Assembly: GCA_043809315.1 (NCBI GenBank) | Contig: JAZDDX010000027.1 | Location: forward strand, 6,943-70,942 | DNA length: 64,000 nucleotides | Direction of reading: 5' to 3' | From: Pseudomonadota bacterium | Lineage (GTDB): Bacteria; Bdellovibrionota_G; JALEGL01; DATDPG01 | Shown here: in pieces, positions 8,919-18,639 of the stretch | How the letters are laid out: every line of letters starts with the position of its first letter | How positions within the stretch are numbered: the first letter of the stretch is position 1 | Made by a program: the position numbers and the translations under genes | Notes under the pieces: generated by a model | What the model saw: only the letters and a program-made list of their open reading frames with translations | Databases searched by the model: none | What the model was told of the DNA's origin: nothing

Positions 8919-10865
8919 TTGAAAGGAAAAAGCGCGATACTTTGGATTCTTTTGGCCGTCATGGCGGTGGTCGTCTACCACCTGGCAAACCCGTTCGTGC
9001 GAGCAGTGCCGCGCGACCTTCCGTCCAGCGAGTTCCGCGACCAGGTCCGGCGCGGGTTGGTCGAGTCGGTCCGGATCCGCGGCGAGGCGATCGAAGGGGA
9101 CTACCTTACGAAGTTTCCGCCCGAAGCCACCGTCGATAAGGCGGTCTCCGACCTGCCCGGGAAAACGTTTGTCACACGGTGGCTCGGGACCGGGGACGAC
9201 CTGACGAGATTTCTCGAGGAGAACAAGGTTCGAAAGTTCGACGCGATCGCGGAGGAGCGCTCGCCGCTCTGGCAGCAGATCATCCCCGGATTGTCGTTCC
9301 TCTTGCTTGTACTCTTCCTGATCTTCATGTTCCGGCAGATGCAAGCCGGCGGCGGTAAGGCGCTCAGTTTCGGCAAATCCAAGGCCCGGCTTTTGAGTGA
9401 AAGCCCGAAAAAGGTCACGTTCCAGGATGTCGCGGGGATCGACGAGGCGAAAGAGGAGCTCGAGGAGATCATCGACTTCCTCAAGGACCCGAAAAAGTTC
9501 ACGAAGCTCGGCGGGCGGATTCCGAAAGGGGTTCTCCTGGTCGGCGCTCCGGGGACCGGAAAGACGCTCCTTGCGCGAGCGATCGCAGGGGAGGCGGGGG
9601 TTCCCTTCTTCACGATCTCGGGGTCCGATTTCGTCGAGATGTTTGTCGGGGTCGGGGCATCCCGCGTGCGCGATCTTTTCGAACAGGGGAAAAAACACGC
9701 TCCCTGCATCATCTTTATCGACGAAATCGACGCCGTGGGGAGGCACCGGGGAGCGGGCTTGGGCGGCGGGCACGACGAGCGGGAGCAGACATTGAATCAG
9801 TTGCTGGTCGAAATGGACGGATTCGAGTCGAACGAAGGGGTGATCCTGATCGCTGCGACGAACCGGCCGGACGTTCTCGATCCGGCTCTTCTCCGTCCGG
9901 GGCGTTTCGATCGTCACGTCGTGGTACCCAGGCCGGATCTCAAAGGGCGGATCGGGATCCTCGAGGTCCATACCCGGAAGGTTCCATTATCGGACGATGT
10001 GAACGTGGAAGTGTTGGGGCGGGGAACGGCCGGTTTCGCGGGGGCCGATCTCGAGAACATGGTGAACGAAGCGGCGTTGCTGGCTGCCCGGCAGGAAAAG
10101 AAGAGCGTTGCCATGATCGACTTCGAGCGTGCGAAAGACAAGATCATGCTCGGGAAAGAACGAAAGAGCCTTCTGATCTCCGACGAGGAAAAACGGATCA
10201 CCGCCTATCATGAATCGGGGCACACGGTCGTCGCGAAGAAGATCCCGGGGGCCGATCCGGTCCACAAGGTGACGATCATTCCCCGCGGTATGGCGCTGGG
10301 GCTGACCCACCAGATGCCGACCGAGGACAAGTACACGTTGAACCAGACCTCGGCCGAGACCACGATCGCGATCCTGATGGGGGGGCGAGTTGCGGAAGAG
10401 ATCGTGTTCGGGACGCGCACCAACGGCGCCGGAAACGACATCGAGAAGGCGACGGAACTGGCGCGGAAGATGGTCTGCGAGTGGGGGATGAGCGATGCCG
10501 TCGGGCCGCTCGCGTTCGGGCGGAAGGACGAGGAGATCTTCCTGGCGCGGGATTTCACGCGCCATGTGAATTACAGCGAGCAGACGTCGCGACTCATCGA
10601 CGAAGAAATCCGAAACATTGTGATGCGGAATTACAGTCGGACGCGTAAAATTCTGGAGGAGAGCCGGGTTTCCCTCGACCGCGTAGCCGAAGCCTTGCTG
10701 GAATACGAGGTTCTGGAAGCCGAGGATGTCGAAATCCTAATGGCGGGAGGCCCCCTCACGAAACCAAAACCGGCTCCTCGCTTGAGGAAACCGGGAGAAG
10801 CTTCGAAGGCGGGCGAGGAGAATAAACCGGAGCCCGGCTTGGTCCCCGAGCCGGCCGTCGGTTGA
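8919..10865 (+). CDS. ftsH: ATP-dependent zinc metalloprotease FtsH.
   Basis: N-terminal TM segment, AAA+ Walker A (GAPGTGKT) and Walker B (IIFIDEID), SRH, and the HESGH zinc-binding motif. Confidence 0.95.
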   Translation: MKGKSAILWILLAVMAVVVYHLANPFVRAVPRDLPSSEFRDQVRRGLVESVRIRGEAIEGDYLTKFPPEATVDKAVSDLPGKTFVTRWLGTGDDLTRFLEENKVRKFDAIAEERSPLWQQIIPGLSFLLLVLFLIFMFRQMQAGGGKALSFGKSKARLLSESPKKVTFQDVAGIDEAKEELEEIIDFLKDPKKFTKLGGRIPKGVLLVGAPGTGKTLLARAIAGEAGVPFFTISGSDFVEMFVGVGASRVRDLFEQGKKHAPCIIFIDEIDAVGRHRGAGLGGGHDEREQTLNQLLVEMDGFESNEGVILIAATNRPDVLDPALLRPGRFDRHVVVPRPDLKGRIGILEVHTRKVPLSDDVNVEVLGRGTAGFAGADLENMVNEAALLAARQEKKSVAMIDFERAKDKIMLGKERKSLLISDEEKRITAYHESGHTVVAKKIPGADPVHKVTIIPRGMALGLTHQMPTEDKYTLNQTSAETTIAILMGGRVAEEIVFGTRTNGAGNDIEKATELARKMVCEWGMSDAVGPLAFGRKDEEIFLARDFTRHVNYSEQTSRLIDEEIRNIVMRNYSRTRKILEESRVSLDRVAEALLEYEVLEAEDVEILMAGGPLTKPKPAPRLRKPGEASKAGEENKPEPGLVPEPAVG

Positions 10866-10878
10866 ACGAGGAGGAGAA

Positions 10879-11694
10879 TTGAAGGGATGGTTCGAGAATC
10901 TGACCGGGTTGCGTGACCTGCTCGACATTCTCGTCGTCGCCGTCCTGATCTACTGGCTCCTCCGTCTCATCCGGGGGACGCGCGCCGTCTACATGCTCTT
11001 CGGTCTGTCGGTAGCCGGGGTGATCTACTGGATCTCCTCTTGGTGGGAGCTCTACACCGTGAACTGGATCTTCTCGAGTTTGTTCTCGAGCCTTCTCTTG
11101 ATCGCGGTGGTCATCTTCCAGAACGACATCCGGCGGGCGCTGACGCAGATCGGGCGATCGCCGATCTTCTCGTTGGTCGCCTCTCCCCAGGAATCGATCG
11201 TCGTCGAGGAGCTGGTCAAAGCGTCCACGTCGCTCGCGAACAAGAAGATCGGGGCGTTGATCGTGATCGAACGAGACGCCAACGTTCTCGATTATGTCGA
11301 CGTCGGCGTGCCTCTCGACGCCGTTGTCTCCAAGGAACTCTTGACCAGTGTTTTTCATCCGGTTTCCCCCCTGCATGACGGGGCGGTCATTCTTCAGAAG
11401 GGGCGGATCACGGCGGCAGGCTGTTTTCTCCCGCTCACGATGAACCCGCGGTTCGGCGTCGAGGTGGGGACGCGGCACCGGGCCGCGATCGGGCTCACGG
11501 AGGAAACCGACGCCGCGGTGATCGTGATTTCGGAAGAAAAGGGGTGGATCTCGCTCGCCTCCGAGGGGCGGATCACGCGCGGGGTGGATGGTGCGGCCCT
11601 CCGGAAGATTCTCCACGGATACCTGCGTCCCCAAGGGTCGATCTACCATCGTTTTTGGAGACGGATCCGCCGGATCCGGGGTGAGGTCGCATGA
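10879..11694 (+). CDS. cdaA: Diadenylate cyclase CdaA (DAC domain, membrane-anchored).
   Basis: Three N-terminal TM helices, a DisA_N domain with DGA and RHR motifs (LHDGAVIL, GTRHRAAIG). Conserved cdaA-cdaR-glmM synteny. Confidence 0.9.
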   Translation: MKGWFENLTGLRDLLDILVVAVLIYWLLRLIRGTRAVYMLFGLSVAGVIYWISSWWELYTVNWIFSSLFSSLLLIAVVIFQNDIRRALTQIGRSPIFSLVASPQESIVVEELVKASTSLANKKIGALIVIERDANVLDYVDVGVPLDAVVSKELLTSVFHPVSPLHDGAVILQKGRITAAGCFLPLTMNPRFGVEVGTRHRAAIGLTEETDAAVIVISEEKGWISLASEGRITRGVDGAALRKILHGYLRPQGSIYHRFWRRIRRIRGEVA

Positions 11695-12611
11695 AGGGGT
11701 GGCTTACCGAACATCCGGTGATGAAGATCGTCTCCCTGATCCTTGCGACTTTACTCTGGGCGTTCGTCCGGGGGGAGAGGCGGATGGAAACGTCGATCGA
11801 GGTGCCGGTCCAGGTGCAGAATCTTCCGGAAAAGTTCATGATCATCGGCGAGATCGATCCCTCGATCAACTTGAGGCTCTCGGGTCCCAAGAGCCGGCTG
11901 GGGCGTCTCGATCCGGCGACCTTTCCGCCGTACGAGCTCGATCTGAAGAACGCGCACCGCGGTTCGAACACGTTCTTCATCCGCGAAGGGGCATTCAAGG
12001 TTCCGTACGGGATCACCGTGATGAGGGTCGTTCCCCCGTCGATCCGCGTGGTGGTGGACGAGGCGGAGGAGAAGTTGGTCCGGATCGAACCCCGCTTTGT
12101 GGACGATCCGGACGAGGGATACGAGGTCGAGAGCTACGAGGTGAAACCGGCCTACACGAAGAAGCGCGGTTCCCGGAAGGATCTGGCGGTCACCCCCTAC
12201 ATCTTCACGGAACCCATCAGTCTGGCCGGGCGGCATGGCAGCTTCTCCGGTGAATATTCGCTGACGTCGGCAACCCCCGGTTCCGACGAGGAGAAAAAGG
12301 TCACGCTCCGGGTCGTTGTGAAGGAAAAGGAGCTTTCGAAGATGTTTCGGGAGGTCCCGGTCCGTGTCACCGGGTTCACGAGCGCCGTCAAGGTCGAGCC
12401 GAGGACCGTTTCGATCCGGGCGCGGGGGCCGGCGGGGAAGGTGACGGCATTCGGGGAGGAGCACCTCGAGATCGAGATCGACGCCCTGAAGTTGGGTCTC
12501 GGGAAGACCCGGCAGAGAGTCGTCCACGTGACCGCCAGGCCGCTCAAACATCCCGGCCTTGAGCTGACGGTCGTTCCTGATACTGTCCGGGTCACGCTGC
12601 TGGCGGAATAG
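11691..12611 (+). CDS. cdaR: CdaA regulatory protein CdaR (YbbR-like domains).
   Basis: ATGA overlap with cdaA, an N-terminal TM helix, YbbR-like repeats, and its position between cdaA and glmM. Confidence 0.8.
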   Translation: MKGWLTEHPVMKIVSLILATLLWAFVRGERRMETSIEVPVQVQNLPEKFMIIGEIDPSINLRLSGPKSRLGRLDPATFPPYELDLKNAHRGSNTFFIREGAFKVPYGITVMRVVPPSIRVVVDEAEEKLVRIEPRFVDDPDEGYEVESYEVKPAYTKKRGSRKDLAVTPYIFTEPISLAGRHGSFSGEYSLTSATPGSDEEKKVTLRVVVKEKELSKMFREVPVRVTGFTSAVKVEPRTVSIRARGPAGKVTAFGEEHLEIEIDALKLGLGKTRQRVVHVTARPLKHPGLELTVVPDTVRVTLLAE

Positions 12612-12620
12612 AGGTCATTC

Positions 12621-13988
12621 ATGGCGGAATCGAGGAAGTTGTTCGGCACGGACGGGATCCGGGGCATGGCGAATTCGGAGCCGATGTCGGTCGATACGAT
12701 TCTTCGGGTCGGTCGGGCGGCCGCGTGCGTCTTCCGGCGGTCGGACGACCGGCGCCACTCGGTCGTGATCGGAAAGGATACGAGGCTCTCCGGATACATG
12801 TTCGAGACGGCGCTCGCCTCCGGACTCTGTTCGATGGGGGTGGACGTCATCCTCGTGGGGCCGGTCCCCACCCCTGGAATTGCTTTTCTAACGACGTCGA
12901 TGCGAACCGATGCCGGCGTCGTGATCTCCGCGTCGCACAATCCTTACAATGACAACGGCATCAAGTTCTTCGGCCCCGACGGGTTCAAGCTGGCCGATGC
13001 GGTCGAGCGATCGATCGAGAAGCTCGTCTTCTCGAACGGGGAACTGGACGAGCGGAGGCCGGAGGCTTCCGAGGTGGGGAAGGCGACGCGCCTCGAAGAC
13101 GCCAAGGGGAGGTACATCACGTACCTGAAGCAGAACTTTCCCCAGGAACACTCCCTGGACGGCCTTAAGATCGTCGTCGACTGCGCGCATGGCGCCACTT
13201 ACAAGATTGCGCCGACGGTATTCGCCGAGTTGGGCGCATCGCTTACCAAGATCGGAATCAAGCCGAACGGAAAGAACATCAACCACCACTGCGGAGCTCT
13301 CCACACCGACAAACTGGCGCAGAAGGTGAAAGAGGTCGGCGCCGATCTCGGGATCGCGTTCGACGGCGATGGCGATCGGGCGATCTTCTGCGATGAGAAC
13401 GGACGTGTGTTCGACGGAGACGACGTTCTGGGGATCCTGGCCCGCCCGATGCTGGCGCACGGCGAGCTGGGAAAGGGTGTGGTCGGCACGGTGATGAGCA
13501 ACTTCGGTCTCGAGCAGTATTTCCGTTCGAACCGGATCCCGTTTTTCCGAGCGCCGGTCGGGGATCGATACGTCGTCGAGATGATGAAAGAGGAAGGGTC
13601 GCTGTTCGGAGGGGAGCCCTCGGGGCATCTGGTGAGCCTGCATCGGAGCACCACCGGAGACGGGATCCTTTCGGCGCTTCTCCTTTTGGGAGAACTTCAA
13701 AGGAGCGATCGCCCTCTCTCGTCGTACGCAAAGCTGATCCCGCGATACCCGCAGGTGATCCGGAATGTCGCGGTCAAGACGAAGCCGTCGTTCGAAAAGC
13801 TCCCGCCGGTCGCGAAGTCGATCCGGGAGGCGGAGAGTCGTTTGAGCGGCACCGGGCGGGTCCTGGTCCGGTACTCCGGGACTGAACCGAAGGCGCGCGT
13901 GATGGTGGAAGGGGAGAACGAAAAGATCGTGAAGCGGCTGGCGGACGAGATCGCGGCCGCCATTCAATCGGAAATCGGGGTGGCGTGA
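12621..13988 (+). CDS. glmM: Phosphoglucosamine mutase.
   Basis: GTDGIRG N-terminus, active-site SASHNP, and four phosphohexomutase domains. Confidence 0.95.
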   Translation: MAESRKLFGTDGIRGMANSEPMSVDTILRVGRAAACVFRRSDDRRHSVVIGKDTRLSGYMFETALASGLCSMGVDVILVGPVPTPGIAFLTTSMRTDAGVVISASHNPYNDNGIKFFGPDGFKLADAVERSIEKLVFSNGELDERRPEASEVGKATRLEDAKGRYITYLKQNFPQEHSLDGLKIVVDCAHGATYKIAPTVFAELGASLTKIGIKPNGKNINHHCGALHTDKLAQKVKEVGADLGIAFDGDGDRAIFCDENGRVFDGDDVLGILARPMLAHGELGKGVVGTVMSNFGLEQYFRSNRIPFFRAPVGDRYVVEMMKEEGSLFGGEPSGHLVSLHRSTTGDGILSALLLLGELQRSDRPLSSYAKLIPRYPQVIRNVAVKTKPSFEKLPPVAKSIREAESRLSGTGRVLVRYSGTEPKARVMVEGENEKIVKRLADEIAAAIQSEIGVA

Positions 13989-14725
13989 TGGTGAAACTCG
14001 GCGTGAACATCGACCATGTGGCGACCCTTCGGCAGCAACGGAAGGGGAGATACCCAGACCCGGTGACGGCCGCTGCCTGGGCGGAGCTCGGCGGGGCGGA
14101 CAACATCACCTGCCACCTGCGAGAAGACCGCCGGCATATCCAGGACCGGGACCTGAAGGTTCTGCGTGACACGATCCAGACCGAACTCAACCTCGAGATG
14201 GCGGCGACGCAAGAGATGCTCCGGACGGCGCTCGAGGTGAAGCCGGAGGTGGTGACCCTTGTCCCCGAGAAGAGGCAGGAATTGACGACGGAAGGGGGGC
14301 TCGATCTCGTCACGCACGGGGAGTCAGTAGGAAAGGCGGTCGGGATGCTCCGTGAGGCGGGGCTCATGGTTTCGCTCTTCGTCGATCCGAACCCCGAAAC
14401 GATCAAGCTGGCCCACCGGACCGGCGCGCAGGCGGTCGAAATTCACACAGGGCGGTACGCCGAGGCGCGCAAGCCGGACGAGAAGAAGCGGGAGCTGGCC
14501 CGGGTTCTCGAGGCGGTGACGTTTGCCACGAAGTTGCGTCTGTCCGTGCATGCCGGGCACGGTCTCGACTATCAGAACGTCGAAGCGGTGGCGCAGATCC
14601 GGCCGATCGAATCGTTTCAGATCGGGTTCGCGATCGTCTCCCGTGCGCTCTTCGTGGGGCTCGAGGAGGCGGTGCGCGAGATGAAGCGCCTGATCGTCGC
14701 CTCCCGGAACTCCCTTGCCGATTAA
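13988..14725 (+). CDS. pdxJ: Pyridoxine 5'-phosphate synthase.
   Basis: KLGVNIDHVATLRQ N-terminus and full-length PdxJ TIM-barrel signature. The start overlaps the glmM stop (TGATG). Confidence 0.9.
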   Translation: MVKLGVNIDHVATLRQQRKGRYPDPVTAAAWAELGGADNITCHLREDRRHIQDRDLKVLRDTIQTELNLEMAATQEMLRTALEVKPEVVTLVPEKRQELTTEGGLDLVTHGESVGKAVGMLREAGLMVSLFVDPNPETIKLAHRTGAQAVEIHTGRYAEARKPDEKKRELARVLEAVTFATKLRLSVHAGHGLDYQNVEAVAQIRPIESFQIGFAIVSRALFVGLEEAVREMKRLIVASRNSLAD

Positions 14726-15176
14726 TGGGGGACACACGACTGTATCCAAATTAAGTGATGAGCAGGTCGTTCGAACCGCCAGGGTGATCTGGGCGGCTCT
14801 CTTCGTGAGCCTCTTTCTGTACGCCACGATCGCGTTTCAGCTGAAACCGGGTTCTCATACGCCGGCCTCGCCGGAGACGCTCAAGAGCATGGAGACGTTC
14901 TTCCCGATCGTTGCAATCCTCGCGATGTTTTTCGGGTTCTTACTTCCTCGATTGCTGCTTCGTGCGGAGGCGAAAAGAACTCCAGGCGGGATTCCTCTCG
15001 CGAGGCGGCTGAATCACTTCATCGTCCGGTTGGCATTCTTCGAATCGATCGCCATCCTGGGCTTTATCCTGGCGGCGCAGGCTTCCGAGGGGAAGAGGAT
15101 GTGGCCATTTCTGATCATCTCGGCATTCGGATTCTTACGATCACTCCCTTCAAGGGAGAAGCTGGAGGGGTTATGA
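14715..15176 (+). CDS. Hypothetical small integral membrane protein (3-4 TM helices).
   Basis: Hydrophobic helices (VIWAALFVSLFLYATIAF, FFPIVAILAMFFGFLLP, LAFFESIAILGFILAA). Overlaps the next gene by ATGA. Confidence 0.5.
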   Translation: MPINGGHTTVSKLSDEQVVRTARVIWAALFVSLFLYATIAFQLKPGSHTPASPETLKSMETFFPIVAILAMFFGFLLPRLLLRAEAKRTPGGIPLARRLNHFIVRLAFFESIAILGFILAAQASEGKRMWPFLIISAFGFLRSLPSREKLEGL

Positions 15177-16714
15177 GAATCGTCACAGCGGAAGAGATGC
15201 GGCGGATTGACAAGTTCGCCATTGAGAAGATCGGGATCCCGGGTTCTGTTCTGATGGAAAGCGCCGGTCGCTCCGTCTTTGCCGGGATCGTTCGGAGAGA
15301 GGGGACCGTCGCCGGGAAGAGGTTCGGGATCCTCTGCGGTACCGGGAACAACGGCGGCGACGGCTTCGTCATCGCCCGTTACCTCACCCTTCATGGCGCC
15401 CAAGTGGACGTTTGGCTTGTGGGGGAGGGGAGACCGAAACAAGGGGACGCCCTCACGAACCTGAAGATCCTGGAAAAAACGGGGATTCACCCTGTCCCGA
15501 TCCGAACCGCTGCCGATGTAAAGAAACATGCCGAACAGCTTCGCGGTTGGAGTGCTTTGGTCGACGCGCTTTTCGGCACAGGCTTAACCCGCGTTCTGCG
15601 AGGGGTTCACGCCGCTACCATCGACGCCGCGAACCATTTCCCGGGATCGGTCTATGCCGTCGACATCCCCTCGGGACTTCACTCCGATACCGGCGAGGTG
15701 ATGGGGAAAGCCGTCAAGGCGACGGTCACCGTTACCTTCGGGTTCAAGAAACGCGGATTTCATCTCGGAGAAGGACCCCTTCTTTGTGGTGAGGTCGTCG
15801 TTGCCGACATTTCTCTCGACGATCGTTGGGCGGAACAGACCGGAGCCACTCCGCTCTTCGAGACCGATCCGGATCAGATCCAACACTGGTTCCCGAAACG
15901 ACGCCCCGACAGCCACAAAGGGAGCTTCGGACATGTCCTGGTTCTGGCCGGCTCCCCCCAGAAGTCAGGGGCATCGGTTCTGACCAGCAAAGCGGCCCTC
16001 CGTTCCGGGGCCGGATTAGTCACCCTTGCCGTTCCGGAGAGCGCCCACTCGATCGTCAAGTCCCAGCTTGTGGAAGTGATGACCGAACCGCTCCCGGACG
16101 ATGGGTCTGGGGGGCTCGGTCCAAAGGCCCTTTCGGATCTTCTCCGAATCTGCGAAGGGAAGGAGGTTCTCGTTGCCGGGCCTGGATTGCTCCCAACGAA
16201 CAGCCTAAAGTCACTTCTCGAAAAACTAATTCAAGCCATTAAAATACCTATTGTTTTAGATGCCGACGGTTTGAACGTTTTTGGGAAAAACATCGGTCGT
16301 CTCTCGCTCGCTTTGAAGCGTATGGTTCTGACCCCCCATCCGGGGGAGATGTCCCGTTTGACCGGAAAAACGATCAAAGAGATCCAGGCGAACCGGATCG
16401 AATCCGCCCGTCGTTTCAGCGATCGAACCGGGGCGGTTCTGGTCCTGAAAGGGGCCCGGTCGGTCGTCGCCTGCCCGGATGGCCGAACCTTCATCAATCC
16501 CACCGGGAACCCCGGGATGGCCACCGCCGGGATGGGGGATGTGTTATCCGGGATCGTCGGGTCGTTTGTCGCCCAGGGGTTGAGTCTCGATCGTGCGGCG
16601 ATCGCCGGCGTTTTTCATCACGGATGGGCCGGGGATCGGGTGGCCCGGAAGAATGGCTCCCGCGGCCTGCTTGCGAGCGACTTGATCGACGAACTGCCGC
16701 ACCTTTCCATCTGA
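15173..16714 (+). CDS. nnr: Bifunctional NAD(P)H-hydrate repair enzyme Nnr (YjeF N-terminal epimerase plus C-terminal ADP-dependent dehydratase).
   Basis: YjeF-N motifs (ILCGTGNNGGDG) followed by a carbohydrate-kinase-like C-domain (GPGL, GMATAGMGDVLSG). Classic neighbour of tsaE. Confidence 0.85.
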   Translation: MRIVTAEEMRRIDKFAIEKIGIPGSVLMESAGRSVFAGIVRREGTVAGKRFGILCGTGNNGGDGFVIARYLTLHGAQVDVWLVGEGRPKQGDALTNLKILEKTGIHPVPIRTAADVKKHAEQLRGWSALVDALFGTGLTRVLRGVHAATIDAANHFPGSVYAVDIPSGLHSDTGEVMGKAVKATVTVTFGFKKRGFHLGEGPLLCGEVVVADISLDDRWAEQTGATPLFETDPDQIQHWFPKRRPDSHKGSFGHVLVLAGSPQKSGASVLTSKAALRSGAGLVTLAVPESAHSIVKSQLVEVMTEPLPDDGSGGLGPKALSDLLRICEGKEVLVAGPGLLPTNSLKSLLEKLIQAIKIPIVLDADGLNVFGKNIGRLSLALKRMVLTPHPGEMSRLTGKTIKEIQANRIESARRFSDRTGAVLVLKGARSVVACPDGRTFINPTGNPGMATAGMGDVLSGIVGSFVAQGLSLDRAAIAGVFHHGWAGDRVARKNGSRGLLASDLIDELPHLSI

Positions 16715-16743
16715 CGCGCTCTCTTCTATAGTCCCTTCGTCTC

Positions 16744-17208
16744 ATGGATTGGACCGCTCAAACTCCGGAAGAGACGGCCGAGATCGGCCGGCGGATCGGT
16801 TCCCACCTGCGGGCGGGGGATGTCGTCGCGCTCGAGGGACCGCTCGGCGCCGGAAAAACCGTTTTGGTCGGCGGGATCGCCCGAGGCTTGCAGATCGATC
16901 CCGGATATTCGGTCACCTCTCCGACGTTCGTCTTCGCACACATCTACGACGGGAAAGTTCCGCTCTATCATATCGACCTGTACCGCGTGGAGAAGGAGTC
17001 GGAACTCGCCGGGATCGGTCTCGGCGAGATGCTCGGCGGCGACGGCGTCGCGGTCGTGGAATGGTTCGAACGGTTTCCGAAGCTCTGGCCCGGCGATCGT
17101 TTGAACGTCCGGATCGGTTTCGGGGAACGGTCCTCGCGCGCGATCTCCGTGGGCGGGGACGGCGTGCGAGGAAATTCGCTCGAACGATCGATCGCGGAGG
17201 ATCGATGA
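16744..17208 (+). CDS. tsaE: tRNA threonylcarbamoyladenosine biosynthesis protein TsaE.
   Basis: P-loop GPLGAGKT and the YjeE family pattern (VTSPTFVFAHIY...LYHIDLYR). Confidence 0.85.
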   Translation: MDWTAQTPEETAEIGRRIGSHLRAGDVVALEGPLGAGKTVLVGGIARGLQIDPGYSVTSPTFVFAHIYDGKVPLYHIDLYRVEKESELAGIGLGEMLGGDGVAVVEWFERFPKLWPGDRLNVRIGFGERSSRAISVGGDGVRGNSLERSIAEDR

Positions 17209-18632
17209 CGGTCGAACTGGTAGGGCTCGCGTACGACCAGAAGCTGACCGATTCGATCTGGTCCGTCGTTCCGGCGCGTGCCGCGTACGACCTGATCCTC
17301 GCGGACGAGTTCCGGCGAAAGGTCGACTTCCGTTCGATGCTCTACCACAAGGGGCAACTCGAGCTTCTGACGGAGCTGGAGCAGTTCCTGAAAAAAGGGG
17401 GGGAGAAACTCTCCCTCGTCGAGCTGATCGCCGCCCGTTTCTCGACCGGAATCGAGGATTATCCGAACCCCGCCGGCGAATTCGGTTTCGATTTTCAGCT
17501 GATCCGGCACTTCTCCTCTCTCGCGATGGCGGACGATTTCCTGGTCGCGGAGACGTTCTTGCGGGAACTTCTCCGGCGCGTCGGGTTCCTGACGAACGGG
17601 ACCGGCTGGTCGCTTCTGGGGCAGTGGGATTTCGAGGCGATCGTGGCGGCGCTCAAGAACGTCCGGATGTCGGATATCTTGGAAGTGGGGAAACGAGTCC
17701 CGAGCTCCGGGGGCAAACTGTCGTTCGAAAACCTTGTCCGGAATTACCTGGAGTTCCTGAATTATTCTCAAAACAACTCGCTGACACCGTTCTTCTACAA
17801 CAGCCAGACCGATCTTAAGCGCTGGGGGAATCTGGCCCAGCGGAAGAACAGCCGAAACGAGCTGATCGTCGATCTTTCTCTCCGACCGCGGAAGAGCCAG
17901 AAGATGAAGAAAGAGCCCGCGGCTCCGAAGACTTTGGAACGCAGCTTCAACGAAAGAGCGAAATTGCGGCGGGAAAGTGACGCGCTTTTGGGCGGGCTCA
18001 AAGATTCCGATCCGTTGATTCGGCAGAAGTCGGCCGAGAGTTTGGGGAAGCTGTCGGATACCTCGACGTTGCCCCACCTGATCGCGGCATTGACCGATCC
18101 GGAGCCGGAGGTCCGCCAGGAGATCGTCCGCGCGATCGGCGCCGTCGCTGACCCGGAGGCGAACGAAGCGCTCTTGAAGGTACTGGAAACCGATGAGGCG
18201 TTCAGTGTCCGTCTGACGGCCGCCTGGGTGCTGCGGCGCCGCCGGGAGAAACGGTCGATCCCGGTCCTCCTCGACGCTCTCGAACAACGGAACCCGCACG
18301 TGTCGGCGGAGCTGGCCTATCATCCGCTTCTCGCGGCCGACCGGGAGACGGTGACCCGTCTGAGGAAGTTGGTGTCGCACGAGGCTCCCGAGGTCCGACG
18401 GGAGGTGGCGTTCATTCTCGGTCGGGTGCCGTCGAAACTCTCCTCGGAACCGCTGGCCAACATGGTGAACGATCCGGATGTGGAGACCGGCGTGATCGCT
18501 CTCTATTCACTCTGGGAAGCTCGCTCGGCGCGAGTGGTCGAGGCATCCAAAAAACTCTCTTCCTCCCCGCACGAGGCGGCGGCGCAAGCCGGCTCGATCG
18601 TCTCGGCCTGGGCGAAGAATCTCTCCGCGTGA
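17205..18632 (+). CDS. Hypothetical protein: N-terminal domain of unknown function (~230 aa) followed by C-terminal HEAT/PBS-lyase-like repeats.
   Basis: ATG at 17205 overlaps the tsaE stop (ATGA). The ORF-track 627-aa frame is extended upstream through the tsaE shadow. HEAT repeats are visible (DPLIRQKSAESLGKL, DPEPEVRQEIVRAIGAV, AFSVRLTAAWVL, APEVRREVAFILGRV). Confidence 0.6.
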   Translation: MTVELVGLAYDQKLTDSIWSVVPARAAYDLILADEFRRKVDFRSMLYHKGQLELLTELEQFLKKGGEKLSLVELIAARFSTGIEDYPNPAGEFGFDFQLIRHFSSLAMADDFLVAETFLRELLRRVGFLTNGTGWSLLGQWDFEAIVAALKNVRMSDILEVGKRVPSSGGKLSFENLVRNYLEFLNYSQNNSLTPFFYNSQTDLKRWGNLAQRKNSRNELIVDLSLRPRKSQKMKKEPAAPKTLERSFNERAKLRRESDALLGGLKDSDPLIRQKSAESLGKLSDTSTLPHLIAALTDPEPEVRQEIVRAIGAVADPEANEALLKVLETDEAFSVRLTAAWVLRRRREKRSIPVLLDALEQRNPHVSAELAYHPLLAADRETVTRLRKLVSHEAPEVRREVAFILGRVPSKLSSEPLANMVNDPDVETGVIALYSLWEARSARVVEASKKLSSSPHEAAAQAGSIVSAWAKNLSA

Positions 18633-18639
18633 ACGACCG

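Noticed and set aside
8706-9971. 421-aa minus-strand ORF opposite ftsH.
   Set aside because: Antisense shadow of the unambiguous ftsH, with R/P-rich composition.
15101-15172. 5' extension of the nnr ORF (ORF-track start 15101).
   Set aside because: The extension overlaps the upstream membrane-protein gene. The ATG at 15173 gives ATGA coupling and a canonical YjeF N-terminus.
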